Shown here in pieces: positions 25,745 through 42,603 of a stretch of 64,000 nucleotides of DNA. Positions within the stretch are counted from its first letter, which is position 1; each line of letters opens with the position of its first letter. Where the stretch lies: assembly GCF_009914755.1 (NCBI RefSeq), contig NC_060930.1, one strand, 5' to 3'. The notes under the pieces were generated by a model. The model had not been told where the DNA came from and did no database searches. It saw only the letters and a list, made by a program, of their open reading frames with translations. The translations under genes and the position numbers were made by a program. This DNA comes from the human T2T-CHM13v2.0 reference genome, Homo sapiens.

Positions 25745-27297
25745 CAGTGATTTCCAAATTTTTCTTGGGATCAGGACTGCTTTACACCCTTGGAAATTAT
25801 TAACTATCCCAAATATCTTTTCTTTGTTAAAATATTTGAAATATGCCTATTAGACATTTAAAATATCATTTTACATTTATTTTTCTATTTAAAATAATAA
25901 TAAACTCATTGTCGGTTAACAAAAAAAAAGTTTTAAGGAAAAGTAACGTATTTTTCAAAACAAGAAAATTTAGTGAGAATAGCATTGTTTTACATTTTTT
26001 GCAAATTTCTTGAATGCCTGGCTGACTTGAAGACAGCTGGATTCTCTTATCTGCTTCTGCACTTCATGCGTTCAATTCAACTATATGAAGTATGTAAAGA
26101 AAAATCTGGGTCCACAGAGATATTGATCATAAAAAGAAAGAATCTTTTCATAATCTTTTTTAACATTATACATTATTCTTTGATGCTACACCAAAACCCA
26201 GAGCAGAAGTTTTTTAAAAGTTAGTTGCAATGAGGAATCTGAGACCATATCAATAAACTTTTTATCCTCTTATATTAAAACCTAGTAGTCTATCTTGTAC
26301 TTTCAATGGATCTTGTACTCTGCACAATTTTGTAATATGATCATTAACCATTTGAAAAATATCGGCTGAGTTATGCAGGTCTTCCAAATGTTAAAATCTT
26401 TCATTTATACAATATCAAAAAATCATATTCATTCATATCACCACTAATATCATCAGAAAAGTCTTTAAGTATTGGGAAGTGATCAAGCTCATGGTGGCAG
26501 ACACGTTTTCCAAAATTCTGATTTTCATTTGAAAGCTCGAAATTTATTATTGGCAAAAAAATACCATCTATTGATTTCCTTTAAGTGGCAGGCTCACACA
26601 CTTTGTACTTAGGAGGCTGAGGCAGGAGGATCATTTGAGCCCAGGAGTTTGAGGTACAGTGAACTATGATTACACCACTGCACTCCAGCCTGGTGACATG
26701 GCAAGAACCTGTGTCTAAAGAAAAGAAAGAAAAAAAAAAAGGAAATGTCTTTCAACTGCTTATTTGTAATTTGTTCTCTCCAGTAAAAATTTTGCTTCCT
26801 GAAACAAGTAGCTAGTTCAGATTGCAACTCAATTACAAAATGTTTTTCCCTGAGATAACTATAGTACTTCAGTAGCGGAGGAAATGCTTTTTTAAAACCT
26901 CTTATTTCATCATCTGCAATATTGAAAGAACATATACTTAAGGACTGAGATTTAATACAATTAATTTTCACTGATTCACTAATGCCATTCGTATGTGAAA
27001 TTGACTTCGTGCTGTGTTTTGCTTTTGTTTGCTTTTGTTTTATTTTTCTACTGAGAGTGCTTTGAAGTGAAGAGCTACAAGATGACTTTAATGGTTTGGT
27101 GCCACTGTTTTTATTTGAGCTAAAAAGTACCAGAAGTTTTACCACTGTTGCTTTTGTACCATTAATGTGCAAATAGCAACACAGTGAAAAGCCAAATAAT
27201 ATATCGGCATTGTTGGGAAAGCAGTTATAGCTTTGTGAACTCCTGCAAGAATCTTGGGGGCCCCCAAGGTCCCGGCATGACACATTGAGAACTACTG
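25745..27297 (-). mobile_element. Charlie1a-like hAT DNA transposon
   Basis: TIR-like ends cagtgatttccaaa ... ttgagaactactg; internal gcattgttttacatttttgcaaat...gaagacagctggattctc; ~1.4 kb after removing the Alu. Confidence 0.8.
26607..26740 (+). mobile_element. Alu right-monomer fragment (FRAM/AluJ) inside Charlie1a
   Basis: ggaggctgaggcaggaggatcatttgagcccaggagtttgagg...cactgcactccagcctgg plus A tail. Confidence 0.85.
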
Positions 27298-27629
27298 GGA
27301 TATGAAAACCACCCCACAGAAATAAAATGATAGAAATTATCTACAGAGATCAATTATGAATAAGATTTATGTAGTTATAATAATGGAATCATTAATATTG
27401 ATCTAAATAAAATTACCATATATATCAGGAAAGGGGAAGAGGATAATGTGTGTTGATGGTGGATACAAGGAGGTGAAAGAGTTAAATTCTGTCATCTAAA
27501 ATGGGAAGTAAATACATAAATTACCTAAAAACCTAAAAAACAAAAAAAAACTCACAAAATCATTAATTCACAATATATGGTAACTAACAATCGAAACTAC
27601 TGCAAGAGTTATATATAAACTGTTGTCCT

Positions 27630-28125
27630 GACTTCCAATGCTTTACATGATTTGCTCCTCCCTTAGCTCTGTTCTCATGGCTTACCTTACCTTTGGCTGA
27701 CTCCACTCCAGCCATACAGGCTTTCTAGACTTCTGTATACACACCAAGCATTGCTGCTTACTTAATTCTTCTGTGTTGTCAGGTCTGCCTGGACCACACT
27801 TTGCCCAGAAATGTGCATGGTTAATCTCTCATTACCTCAGGTATTTTTAAATAAGGCTCATGTGACTACTCTATCTCTACATGTTTCCTGTGCTCATGAT
27901 TCATCCCCTCTTGCTCTATTTTCCCCCACCATTCCTAGTACAATCACACATACTGTATACTTTATTTAGGGTACTTATTGTCTTTTGTCTGTGCCTTCCC
28001 ACTCTGATAGAATATAAATTCTATCTAAGCAATTTTACCTATTTTATTCACTAATGAATCCCAAGCACCTACAACAGTGTGTGACATATAGAAGATGCTC
28101 AATAAATACTTGTTGAACATATGTT
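27630..28125 (+). mobile_element. L2 3' fragment
   Basis: ctccactccagccatacaggctttct...cccaagcacctacaacagtgtgtgacatatagaagatgctcaataaatacttgttgaa. Confidence 0.75.
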
Positions 28126-28499
28126 TGAATGAGGAGCAGAAAATGGTGAGGTAAAACAGGTAAGAGTCTGCTATTTCTCATAGGAAACCTTATAGAACCA
28201 TTTGACTTTTCAATGTGTGCAAGTATAACTTCAATAAAAATAACAGACAAATTTATGGAAATAAATATATAACAGTATCCTGTCAGAATTAGTAGAGACT
28301 GTAAAATGTAAATTTAGGAGTTGTGAGAGAAAGGAGGACAGGATGGGAGCTGAGAAGAAGAACCAAGAGGAGTTTGAGGAAGGTAGGGAGAACAAGACAA
28401 GGCTTGCTGAAATGTCGTGGTTGGAAAAAGCCTTATTGAAAGTCCCACAGGAGAACAGAACACAGTCTACAGCACTGCCACTGGCTCTTATAATCGCTT

Positions 28500-28655
28500 C
28501 TTTTTTAAGGGGCTTATTAAGATATAATCAATATATAAAAAACTACACATATATGATGTGCATAATTTGATGAGTCTAGACATATGGATACACCTGTGAA
28601 ACCATCACCACAATAAAGGCAATACATGATACATCCACTCCAAATTTTTTTTGTG
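28500..28655 (-). mobile_element. Old L1M 3' end fragment
   Basis: ttattaagatataat...cataatttgatgagtctagacatatggatacacctgtgaaaccatcaccacaat. Confidence 0.7.
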
Positions 28656-29334
28656 CCTCCCCCGCACTTGGCCAAGTGTTCTTGTGCAAGGAAAACCCTA
28701 CATCAACCATTCACAGCAGCTCTGATAGAATGAGTCCTGGCAGAAGTCAGTGACAACAGGACCCATCCTTCTCTTCCTCAACAAACCCCTAGAATGAGTT
28801 TGCAGCAACTCTAGCCCAGAAATCTGCCAGATCCCTCCTAGAAGGAAGCTCAGAAAAATGAAAGGCAAAGAAATTGAAAATGACTACCATCAGAATCATA
28901 TATTTTAATGGAGGGAGATAGATACTTAAAATGGGAAAGCCTGAAGGTGAGAAGGTAAAGGGTCAATACCAAGGAGAAAAAATGGCACAGAAAGCAGAGA
29001 CTGATGATGAAAATAAGTGTGAATATTTGGTGTCAGGTGCTTTCCTGTTTTAATGGAAAGGAAAGAGTTTAAGAAAAGGGAGCAAAAAAGACTGCAACCA
29101 AGGCATCAAAATGAAACAGAAAGGGCACAAAAAGCTCCATAATTTGGCTTAGAGTCAACTCTGTTTTTCCTTGATGGCCTGTGAACAAATAGAAGCCACA
29201 ACAGACATGCCTTTGCCCATAGGTACATACAAAGCGCAGCTCAAACCCATAGGGCCAGTGCTGCTTCACCAGGTTTAGAAGATTTGTTTAAACCTCATCT
29301 GCATCATTAAAAAGAGGCATCAGTCTTTAAATCC

Positions 29335-30250
29335 TCCATTCATTTATGGAATGGTTATTGAACGCTTCCTATGGGCCAGGAGATATTCTGAGTACTGGGG
29401 ACACAATGGTGAGTGAAAAGAAATGTGATCCCAGATCTTGTAAAAATTCCTATTAATCAGGATTTCCTGAAATAAATAAGTCCTATGGAGGAGAGAAATG
29501 CTGGCGTGGACTGCCGTGAGAGCACATAAGAGGAGAATTTAACCTGGTTGCAAACTTTGGTATCATGTCCATAAATAGTACGATTGACCAGTGATCTGAA
29601 GATGAGTAGGCATTATGTGGGTCAGTACATTTTAGACATAATGTAGGGAATGGGCTGGGTAGGGGTAGATGGAAAAGACAGTTAAGAGGTAAGCAGGGTA
29701 AGTGAAAGTTGATAGTCACCCGAGATAATATTGTGCCTGTAAAGATGGAGAAAACTGAATTTAAGTGTAATTGAGGTGGTAAAGTCAATAGAACTTATGA
29801 AGGGTTGGAGATGTGAAGGTAGGTATCAAAGATGATGACTTGATGTTTAGATTCTGCAACCAGATGGATGGTGTTGGCAACCATTGAATAGGCAATATCT
29901 GAAGAAGACTTTAAGATGGAGGCAGAAATGACAGGCTGGAGATCATGAGTTTAATTTGGGACTTATTAAATTTGAGATGTATTTGGGACTTTCAACAGAA
30001 GATATTGGACAAGGAGATGAGTAAGTCTACAACTCAGAGCAAAGGCCTGCATGGGAGAAATGCATGCATCAATCTATCCATGGGTGGCAATTGAACCTGT
30101 AGAGTACATATTGTCTCTTAGAGAGTAGAGTCAGGGGACAAGAGAACCTACAAACTGTTACCTATAATATATAATGAGGAGGTAGCAGAAGGAGATCCCT
30201 AATAAACCCAGAGATAAAACAGGCAAAGAGAAAGGAGAAAACAGCATGCT
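29335..30250 (-). mobile_element. L2 fragment
   Basis: Starts cattcatttatggaatggttattgaacgcttcctatgggccagg; later gagtttaatttgggacttattaaatttgagatg; boundaries approximate. Confidence 0.65.
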
Positions 30251-30744
30251 GGGCAGCACCATTCTATACGACAATTTTATTTTCAGATGGGAGGATAAAC
30301 TATCCAGCATATTTTTTTCCACATAGGAATTGTATTAAGTTCATGGAAGATGTATTAATATCTGTAAGTGAGATTTTAAAAGTTGTTTTTCTCTAATGAC
30401 TTTTTATTGGGATTTACCAAATCCAAACAGAAATTTCTTACCTCTCAGCGATAGTAAACAATGAATAACTCAAAGTAAAAATTAAGTGATTCTTGGTCAC
30501 CTCCAATGTCCCTGACTCCTATGAAAGATTAATGAACAATCCTGAGAAAAGTTGGAACTTACATATTCAAAAATATTCTGTGATGAGCTAAGAAGCAATT
30601 ATGAAGCTGGGCATGTTATGTGAATAAGCATAAGACTATAAAATTATTACTCTCAAGTTCAAGAGAACAAAGCTGTTTAAAATTATTCTTAACTAAATGG
30701 TATTTCTGATAAGTATAATATGAATTCAGGAATGACAATATGGC

Positions 30745-31200
30745 AAAGATGGCTGGTAGTCTGCCAGAAATTTATTCTCCTTTTCTTTCTCAAACTATAT
30801 TTTTAATGGTAACAGTTAAAGGACTACATGCCCTGGTCTCTCTTATAGCTGAGTGGCTGAGTGCCTGTGTGATATGATAGAAGTACTATATTGCATAGGG
30901 ACTTCTAGAAAATCTCCTTAAAGGGAAAGGTTGCCTGTGGCCACTTTCTCATTCCTGTTGAATGAAATGAAAAAGTGAAGGCTATCACTGAAGCAGCCAT
31001 CAAAGGCCATGAAACTAAATGCTAAGAATAATGGAGCAGCAAGAGAGAATGTGCCTTCATCCCAGATGACTATGGAGCTACCATGAGTCCTCACTCATGA
31101 CTGGACTTCCTTCATTTATGAGAACTGTAAATGTCCAGCTAGTTTAAACCATTGTTTTGATGGGCTTCTAGTATATGAAACTAAACCTAGTCCTGAACAA
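30745..31200 (+). mobile_element. MaLR LTR (MLT1J-like)
   Basis: aaaggactacatgccc...gaagcagccatc...atggagcagcaagagag...gtttaaaccattgtttt. Confidence 0.6.
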
Positions 31201-32431
31201 CTTAAGGTTGTGACCATGGAAGAAATTACAACAGAGGTAAAATCCAGTTGAGACTTTAAGAGTGAGGAGGGGTAATGGAGAACAGCAGCTTTAAAGAATA
31301 ATGTTATAATAGAACATTAAATAAAATAGATTCAGGATTATCAATTAAGATGGCAGAGACGAGGCAGGACTAGCTTGCAGCTCTCACTCAGATGGACAGA
31401 GCAGCAAGTGGAGACTCACATTGTGAACTTTTGCTCCAAGAACTACTGCATGAACATATCAGGAAAGCCAAGAGAATCCACAGACCCTTTGAAGAAACTG
31501 GATCAATGCTGTAGGCTCCCTGAGATGCCACGAAACTGTGAGTCTGCTTGATTTCTCAGTGGGGGGGCTTGTGGTCTGGGGCAAGTTCTCAATCCTGGTC
31601 ACCAGTTGCCTGCAAATAGACTTGGTGCTGTTGGGGGAACAAAATGGGAGTGAAATCAGTGTTTAGGACTACGGGCTATGTGAGAGCAGGGTGAGGCCTG
31701 TGACTGCCAGCTTTCCTCCACTTCCCTGGCGACCCATATGACTCAGCAGAGGCAGTCATAATCCCCCTGGGAACATAGCATAACTCCATTGGCCTGGGAA
31801 CCACACCCCCATCCCCCACAGCAGTCACAGCAAGTCCTGCCTGCCAAAGGAGAATCTGAGCTCAGACACACACCTATCCTTACCCTCACCTGATGGTCTT
31901 TCTCCACCTGCCCTGGTAGTCAAAGACAAAGGTCATAATCTCTTGGGAGCTCTATGGCCCTGCCCAATGCCTGAGAAACCTGATTACTTAAGTGGGTGTC
32001 CTTAGGGCAAGTTCACATCCTTCCTATACTACAGCAGCTCATGCGTTCTTGAAAGTGCCACCTCCTCCCTGGAGGCCAACCAACACAAAACCAGTGCACA
32101 ACACAAAAATATAATCAAGGACCCTTACAGAGTCCATTTCACCCCCCTGGTACCTCCAGAGCAGGTGCTGGTATCCACAGCTGAAAGACCTGAAGACAGA
32201 TCACATCACAGGACTCTTTGCAGACACTACCCAGTAGCAACCTTGATCCCAGTAGCTCTGGCAGGTGACTAGACCCAGAAAAGCAAAAACAATCAGTGCA
32301 GTTCAGCTCTCAGGAAGCACCATTCCTAAAGGAAGGGGGAAAATATCACATCAAGGGAGCACTGTGTGGGACAAAAATTCTAAACAGCAGCCCTTGAGTC
32401 CCAGATCTTTCCTCTGACATAGTCTACCCAA

Positions 32432-33411
32432 ATGAGAAGGAATCAGAAAACCAATTCTGATAACATGACAAAACAAGGTTCTTTAACACCCCCAAAAGAT
32501 CACACCAGCTCACCAGCAATGAATCCAAACCAAAATGAAATTTCTCGGTTGCCAGAAACAGAATTCAGAAGGTCATTTATTAAACTAATCAGGGAGGCAT
32601 CAGAGACAGATGAAGTCCAATTTAAAGAAATAAAAAACATGATTCAAGATATGAAGGGAAAAATCTTCAGTGAAATAGATGCATAAATAAAAAACAATCA
32701 TAACTTCTGGAAATCAAAGGCACACTAAGAGAAATGAAAAATGCACTGGAAAGTCCCAGCAATAGAATTGAACAAGCAGAAGAAAGAACTTCAGAGCCCA
32801 AAGACAAAGCTTTCAAATTAGCCTAATCCATCAAAAATGAAGAAAAAATATAATAAAAAATGAACAAAGCCTCTAAGAAGTTTGGGACTATGTTAAGTGT
32901 CCAAACCTAAGAATAATTGGTGTTCCTTAGAAAGAAGAGAAATTTAGAAGTTTGAAAAACTTTTAAAATTTTTCAAGGAAAGCTCCCTGAGCCTTGCTAG
33001 GGATCTAGTCATTCAAATACAAGAAGCTCAAAGAACACCTGGGAAATTCATTGCAAAAAATCATCACCTAGGCATATAGTCATCAGGTTATCTAAAGTCA
33101 AGATAAAGGAAAGAATCTTAAGAGCTGTGGGGCAAAAGCATTGGGTAACCTATAAAGGAAAACTTATCAGATTAAGAGCAGATTTTTTAGCAGAAACCCT
33201 ACAAGCTAGAAGGTATTGGTGTCCTATTTTTAGCCTCCTTAAACAAAACAATTATCAGCCAAGAATGTTGTATCCAGCAAAACTAAGCTTCAGGAATGGA
33301 GGAAGGATACAGTCTTTTCCAGACAAACAAATGCTGAAAGAATTCACCACTGCCAAGCCAGCATTACAAGAACTGCTAAAAGGAGCTCTAAACCTTGAAA
33401 CAAATCCTTGA
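32432..33411 (+). pseudogene. L1PB ORF1p remnant (stops/frameshifts)
   Basis: MRRNQKTNSDNMTKQGSLTPPKDHTSSP... and ...YQPRMLYPAKLSF...PALQELLKGAL fragments. Confidence 0.88.
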
Positions 33412-34540
33412 AATACATCAAAATAGAACCTCCTTAAAGCATAAAGCATAAATCTCACAGGATCTATGTAACAATAACACAATTTTTAAAAAAAGGTATT
33501 CGGACAACAAATAGCATGATGACTAGAATAGTATCTCACATCTAAATGCTAACATTGAATGTAAATGCCCTAAATGCTCTGCTTAAAATATACATAATGG
33601 CAGAATGGATAAGAATTTACAAACCAAGTTTCTGCTGTCTTTGGGAGACTCACCTAACACATAAGGACTCACATAAACTTAAGGAAAATGAATGGAAAAA
33701 GATATTCCATGCAAATGGAAACAAAAAGCAAGCAGGAGTAGCTGTTCTTAAATGTGACAAATCAAACATTAAAGCAACAACAGTTTAAAAAGACAAAGAG
33801 GGACATTATATAATGACAAAAGGACTAGTCCAACAGGAAAACATCACAATCCTAAATATATATTCACCTAACATTGAAGCTTCCAAATTTAGAAAATAAT
33901 TACTAGTAGACTTAATAAATGAGATAGACAGCAACACAATGATAGTGAGAGACTTTACTATTCCACTGACAGCACTGTCATCAAGACATAAAGTCAAAAA
34001 AGAAACAATGGACATAAACTACACCCTACAACAAATGAACTTAACAGATATTTACGGAACATTCTACCCAACAACTACAGAATACACATTCTATTCATCA
34101 GCACATGGAACATTCTCCAAGATAGTTCATATGACAGGCCACAAAACTATTCTCAGTAAATTTTAGAAAATTGAAATTATATCAACTACCCTCTCAGACC
34201 ACAGTGGAATAAAATTGGAAATCAACTGCAAAAGAACCCTCAAACCATGCAAATACAAGGAAATTAAATAACTTGCTCCTGAGTGATCACTGGGCCAATG
34301 ATGAAATCAAGCTGGAAATTGAAAAGTTCTTTGAACTGAGTGATAATAGTGACACAATCTATTGAAACCTCTGGGATGCAGCAAAAGTGGTACTAAGAGG
34401 TAAGTTCATAGCATTAAGTGCCTATTTCAAAAAGTCTGGATAAGCACAAATAGACAATCTAAGGTCACACTTCATGGAACTGGAGAAACAAGAACAATTC
34501 AAACCCGAACCCAGCAGAAGAAAACAAATAATGAAGATCA

Positions 34541-36289
<1,749 letters not shown>

Positions 36290-36742
36290 TACAAGTCCAG
36301 GACCAGATGGATTCACAACTGAATTCTATCAGACATTCAAAGAAGAATTGGGACTAATCCTATTAGTACTATTCCAAAAGATAGAGAAAGAAGGAATCCT
36401 CCCTAAATCATTCTAAGAAACTGGTATCACCCTAATACCAAAATCAGGGAAGGAATTAACAACAACAACAAAAGCTACAGACCAATGTCCCTAATTAACA
36501 TAGATGCAAAATTCCTCAACAAAATACTAGCGACCCTAATTCAACAGCATATCAAAAAGATAATCCAAAATGATCAAGTGGGTTTCACACCAGGGATGCA
36601 GGGATGGTTTAACACACATAAGTCAATAAATGTATTACATCACCTAAACAGAATTAAAAAGAAAATTCACATGACCATTGCAATATATGCAGAAAAAGCA
36701 TTTGACAAAATCCAGCATCGCTTTATGATTAAAACCCTCAGC

Positions 36743-37388
<646 letters not shown>

Positions 37389-39499
37389 TTACAAAATTAA
37401 TGTACAAAAATCAGCAGCTTGCGACATACCAACAGCAACCGAGTAGAGAATCAAATCAAGAACCCAACCCCTTTTACAATAGCTACAAAAAATAAAATAA
37501 AATACCTAGGAATATACCTAACCAAGGAGGTGAAAGACTTCTACAAGGAAAAACTACAAAACACTGCTGAAAGAAACCATAAACAACACAAACAAATGGA
37601 AACATATCCCATGCTCACGAATGGGTAGAATCAATATTGTAAAAATGATTATACTGCCAAATGCAATATACAAGTTCAATGTAATTCCCATCAAAATACC
37701 ACCATCATTCTTCACAGAACTAGAGAAAACAGTCCTAAAATTCATATGGAACCTAAAAAGAGCCCACATAGCCAAAGCAAGACTAAGCGAAAAAAACAAA
37801 TCTAGAGGCATCATATTACCTGACTTCAAACTATACTACAAGGCCATAGTCACCAAAACATCATGGTACTGGTATAAAAATAAGCATATAGACCAATGGA
37901 ACAAAATAGGGAACTCAGAGATAAAGCCAAATACTTACAGCCAACTGATCTTTGACAAAGCAAACAAAAGCATAAAGTGGGAAAGGACACGCTATTCAAC
38001 AAATAGTGCTGGGATAATTGGCAAGTCACACGTAGAAGAATGAAACTGGATCCTCATCTCTCACCTTATACAAAAATCAACTCAAGATTAATCAAATGCT
38101 TAAATCTAAGACCTGAAACCATAAAAATTTTATAAGATAACATCAGAAAAACCCTTCTAGACTGTGGCTTAGGCAAAGACTTCATGACTGAGAGCCCAAA
38201 GCAAGTAGGAGAAAAACAAAGACACATAGATGGGACTTAATTAAACTTAAAAGCTTCTGCACAGCAAAAGAAATAATCAGCAGGGTTAACAGACAGCTCA
38301 CAGAGTGGGAGAAAATCTTCACAATCTATACAGCAGACAAAGAACTAATATCCAGAATCTACAAATAACTCAATCAGATCACAAGAAAAAAACAAACAAT
38401 CCCATAAAAAAGTGGGCTAAGGATATGAATAGTCAATTCTCAGAAGAAGATATGCAAATGGCCAATAAGCATATGGAAAATTGCTCAACATCACTAATAT
38501 CAGGGAAATGCAAATCAAAACCACAATATGATACCAGCTTACTCCTGCAAGAATGGCCATAATCAAAAAAATTAAAAAAAAAGATGTTGTAAAAAGGGAA
38601 CACATATACATTGTCAGTAGGAATGTAAACTAGTACAACCACTAAGGAAAACTGTGTGGAGATTCCTTAAAGAACTGAGAGTTATGTACCATTTGATCCA
38701 CCAATCCCATTACTAGGTGTCTACCCAGAGGAAAAGAAGTCATTATAAGAAAAAGATACTTACACATGCATGTTTATAGCAGCACAATTGGCAATTGCAA
38801 AAATGTAGGATGAGCCCAAATGCCCATCAATCTATGAGTGAATAAAGAAAATGTGATATAGATATAGATATAGATATATATACACCATGAAATACTACTC
38901 AGCCATAAAATGGAACAAAATAGTGGCATTTGCAGCAAACTGGGTGGAATTTGAGGCTATTATTCTAAGTGAAGTGACCCAGGAATGGAAAACCAAACAT
39001 CATATATTCTCACTCATAAGTGGGAGCTAAGCTATAAGGATGCAAAGGCATAAGAATGATATATCGCACTTTGGGGACTTAGGGGAAAGGGTGTGGGGGG
39101 GTGTGAGAGAAAAAAGACTACACAATGGGTACAGTGTATACTGCTTGGGTGATGGGGGCACCAAAATCTCAGAAATTAAAAAAAAAGTAAATAAATAACT
39201 AAAATAGATTCAAAGAATTACTCCATTTACTATAAAATTAATCAAATTTGGGGTGTTAAATTTAATATAGGTAGATGAAATAACTTTTGTGTTACATGTC
39301 CTTTTTTATTTGTTTTCCATAAAATTTAAGAACTTCTCATTTTCCCTAATATTTCCTGTTTCAAAGAACAGAGTTAAGATAGCTTCTGAGGTTAGTAAGA
39401 AAATTCAGAATTTAGATTTCAGAAGAAGTGAGGTGAGAAGATGGCGATAGACTACCCAGTCCTGTAGTTGGACAGAAGCCTCAAGGAACACATGAATGG

Positions 39500-39715
39500 T
39501 GCTTAGAAATATTGAGGAACACACAGAAGTGAACTCAGAGCCTTTCTGTGTAGTCACTGAGGAATAACAGAGTCTGGGAGATGTGCCAGGGGTGAAATGG
39601 GCAAATGTCCCAGAAATTCTAGAAACTATAGATCAGTGAGCTTAACCTCCATCTCCAGTAGAATTCTGGAATGTATTACTAAATAAATGGTTTTACGAGC
39701 ATTTTAGAAAAAAAA
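39500..39715 (+). mobile_element. CR1/L3 LINE RT relic
   Basis: From 39624 translates NYRSVSLTSISSRILECITK*MV, matching the CR1-clade motif NYRPVSLTS.PGKILE.IIK. Confidence 0.7.
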
Positions 39716-40899
39716 AAGGTGGTGGGGAGAGAGAATGGAATTGATTCCCCTCAAGGACCAGAGTAGAATGCAGTAATTCCTTCTTACTCTCATCTGCCAG
39801 TTCTCTTCCATGTGTAGTTTTGTTTACCAGGATTCAATCATCAAGTCTCTCTCTACTGGTTGTACATGTCCTCATTAGGCTATCACATATACATTCATGG
39901 TTTTATCTACCACTATTCATGGGTAGCCAAAAAGACAAGTCAGTAAAATCCCAGAAGTACAAGAGATAATGAAATATTTTAATACAATCATGCAGGAAGC
40001 ATTATAGTGTGCAAATATAAGACCAGTGGGGGTAATCATTTCTAATTTGGACACAAGTGGGAAGTTAATCTGCCCATGAAAAAGGGAGGGAATACTTTCT
40101 CAATTCTCTACTTAATATTCTTTAGCTCTTCTGTCTTTCCGTCTCCCCTTGGGAGTGAATACAGAGCACACATTCAAGGGTAAAATGAAGAGAAAGTAGT
40201 AAGGTTGCAGGAGAAGGAAGACAGACCAGTCATATGGGAAAAGGAGCAATTCTAGGATTAAGTAATAACTGAGAGCACATGTTTAGTGCAAAGCTTTTGA
40301 AATAAAGAATCTGAATGCCACACTAATTCCCTGTTTTAAAATTGAAATTTGAGCAATTGCAGATGAATTTATGGACAGTACTTTCTGGCATAGGACAAAA
40401 ACAGTATGGAATATAGAATACGACCAGTAGAAGCTGAGGAAAAGAAATAATTATCGTCACCACATCTGATTGAAGACTTTCACATTTCACAATAAAAAAA
40501 ATCTGCATTTGTAAATGATTGCGCCCCACTGATTATTTTGCAGAAATGTTCCATGATTGGGTTGAACGAAATTGAATTTATTTCTTATTTCCTAGTGTAG
40601 GATCAGTTATCTTCAGTGCATTCTTGTATTATCTTCCTAAAACCCCGAGGAAAGGTCCCTGTAGGTGTTGTTCTAAGTAGAGACATCTAGATAAGGTAGA
40701 CCCCCCTCCTGATAACTGCAGTTAGGATCCTGCCACCAAGAGTGCATAAGCCAGGTTAACAGTACGATTTCCAGAATGCTACCTTCCAAAACTCATTCTG
40801 CTTCGCTTTGATAACTGTTATATCCATTCATAGATGTACCTCTTTCCCATCCTGAATTCCTGACTGCATTTATATCAGTCTACTACAAATTTCTCTCAC

Positions 40900-41570
<671 letters not shown>

Positions 41571-41842
41571 TCCTGGAAGGAAAGTGAGATGAACAAAAGC
41601 AGTGACGAAGAGAAGGAAGTGGCATGGTTCAGAGGAGTGGTGGTCAGGAGGCTTGCCTGGACTGAAGAAGGCAGGAAATGCTCAGCCATGAGAGCCAAAA
41701 TTGGCTACTCACAGAACTGATCTTCTTAGGGAGTCAACCTCACTGCTAGCTATAAACGTTGTAAAATCACCAACATCAATAATTCAAAAATAGTCAAGGC
41801 AATATAGAATGCCTTTGCTTAGCTTTCTTTGTTATCTCCTTC

Positions 41843-41845
<3 letters not shown>

Positions 41846-41885
<40 letters not shown>
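41846..41885. repeat. (TAA)13 microsatellite
   Basis: Pure taataataa... run. Confidence 0.95.
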
Positions 41886-41886
<1 letters not shown>

Positions 41887-42247
41887 TTTTTCTCAAGGGA
41901 AGAAGAGAATATACAGTTACCTAATGTCTACCAATCACTGTGCTGAGGCACATTAAAAAGAATTATCATAGTTAATTCCAAAGCAGTCCAACAATGCTGT
42001 TATTATTATCCCCAAGTTAATGATATGGAATCTAAGGTAACTCAGAGTTTAACCAATCAGTGACAAGGTCTTAGGCCAAATCTCTCTGTCTTCAAAACCT
42101 GTTTTCAGGAACATTGAGGTGAAGCCCAAGTACAGAGGAAACAGTAGAACCTCTGTGATTTAGTCAAGTCCTGGCCAAAGTGCCTTTCTCAATGCCTATT
42201 TTACAGTTTAACTTCTGAATATGAAATAAAGAAATGGAACAAATCAT

Positions 42248-42603
42248 TGTCTTTGTTCATTCCTACTGCTATAACAAAATATCTTAGGCTGGGTAATTTA
42301 TAAACATTAGAAATTTATTTCTCATAGATGTGGAAGCTGGAAAGTCCAGGATCATGGTGCCAGCAGATTCAGTGTCTGCTTCCAAGATGGCATCTTCTTG
42401 CTGTGTGCTCATATGGGGCAGAAAAGATGGAAGGACCAGGCAGTTCTCTGAAGTTTCTCTTATAAGGGCATGAATCTCATTCATGAAGGTGGAGCCCTCA
42501 GGACTTAATCACTTTCCAAAAGACTCCGTGTCTTAATATCATCACCGTGGGGTTTAAGTTCCAAAATAACTTTGAGAGGACCACATACACTCAAACCATA
42601 GCA
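42248..42603 (-). mobile_element. MaLR solo LTR (MLT1A/MSTD-like)
   Basis: ctgctataacaaaatatcttaggctgggtaatttataaac...cattcatgaaggtggagccctc...caaaccatagca. Confidence 0.85.

Noticed and set aside
26609-27283. 224-aa minus-strand ORF
   Set aside because: Runs through non-autonomous Charlie1a and an antisense Alu; no recognisable transposase motifs.
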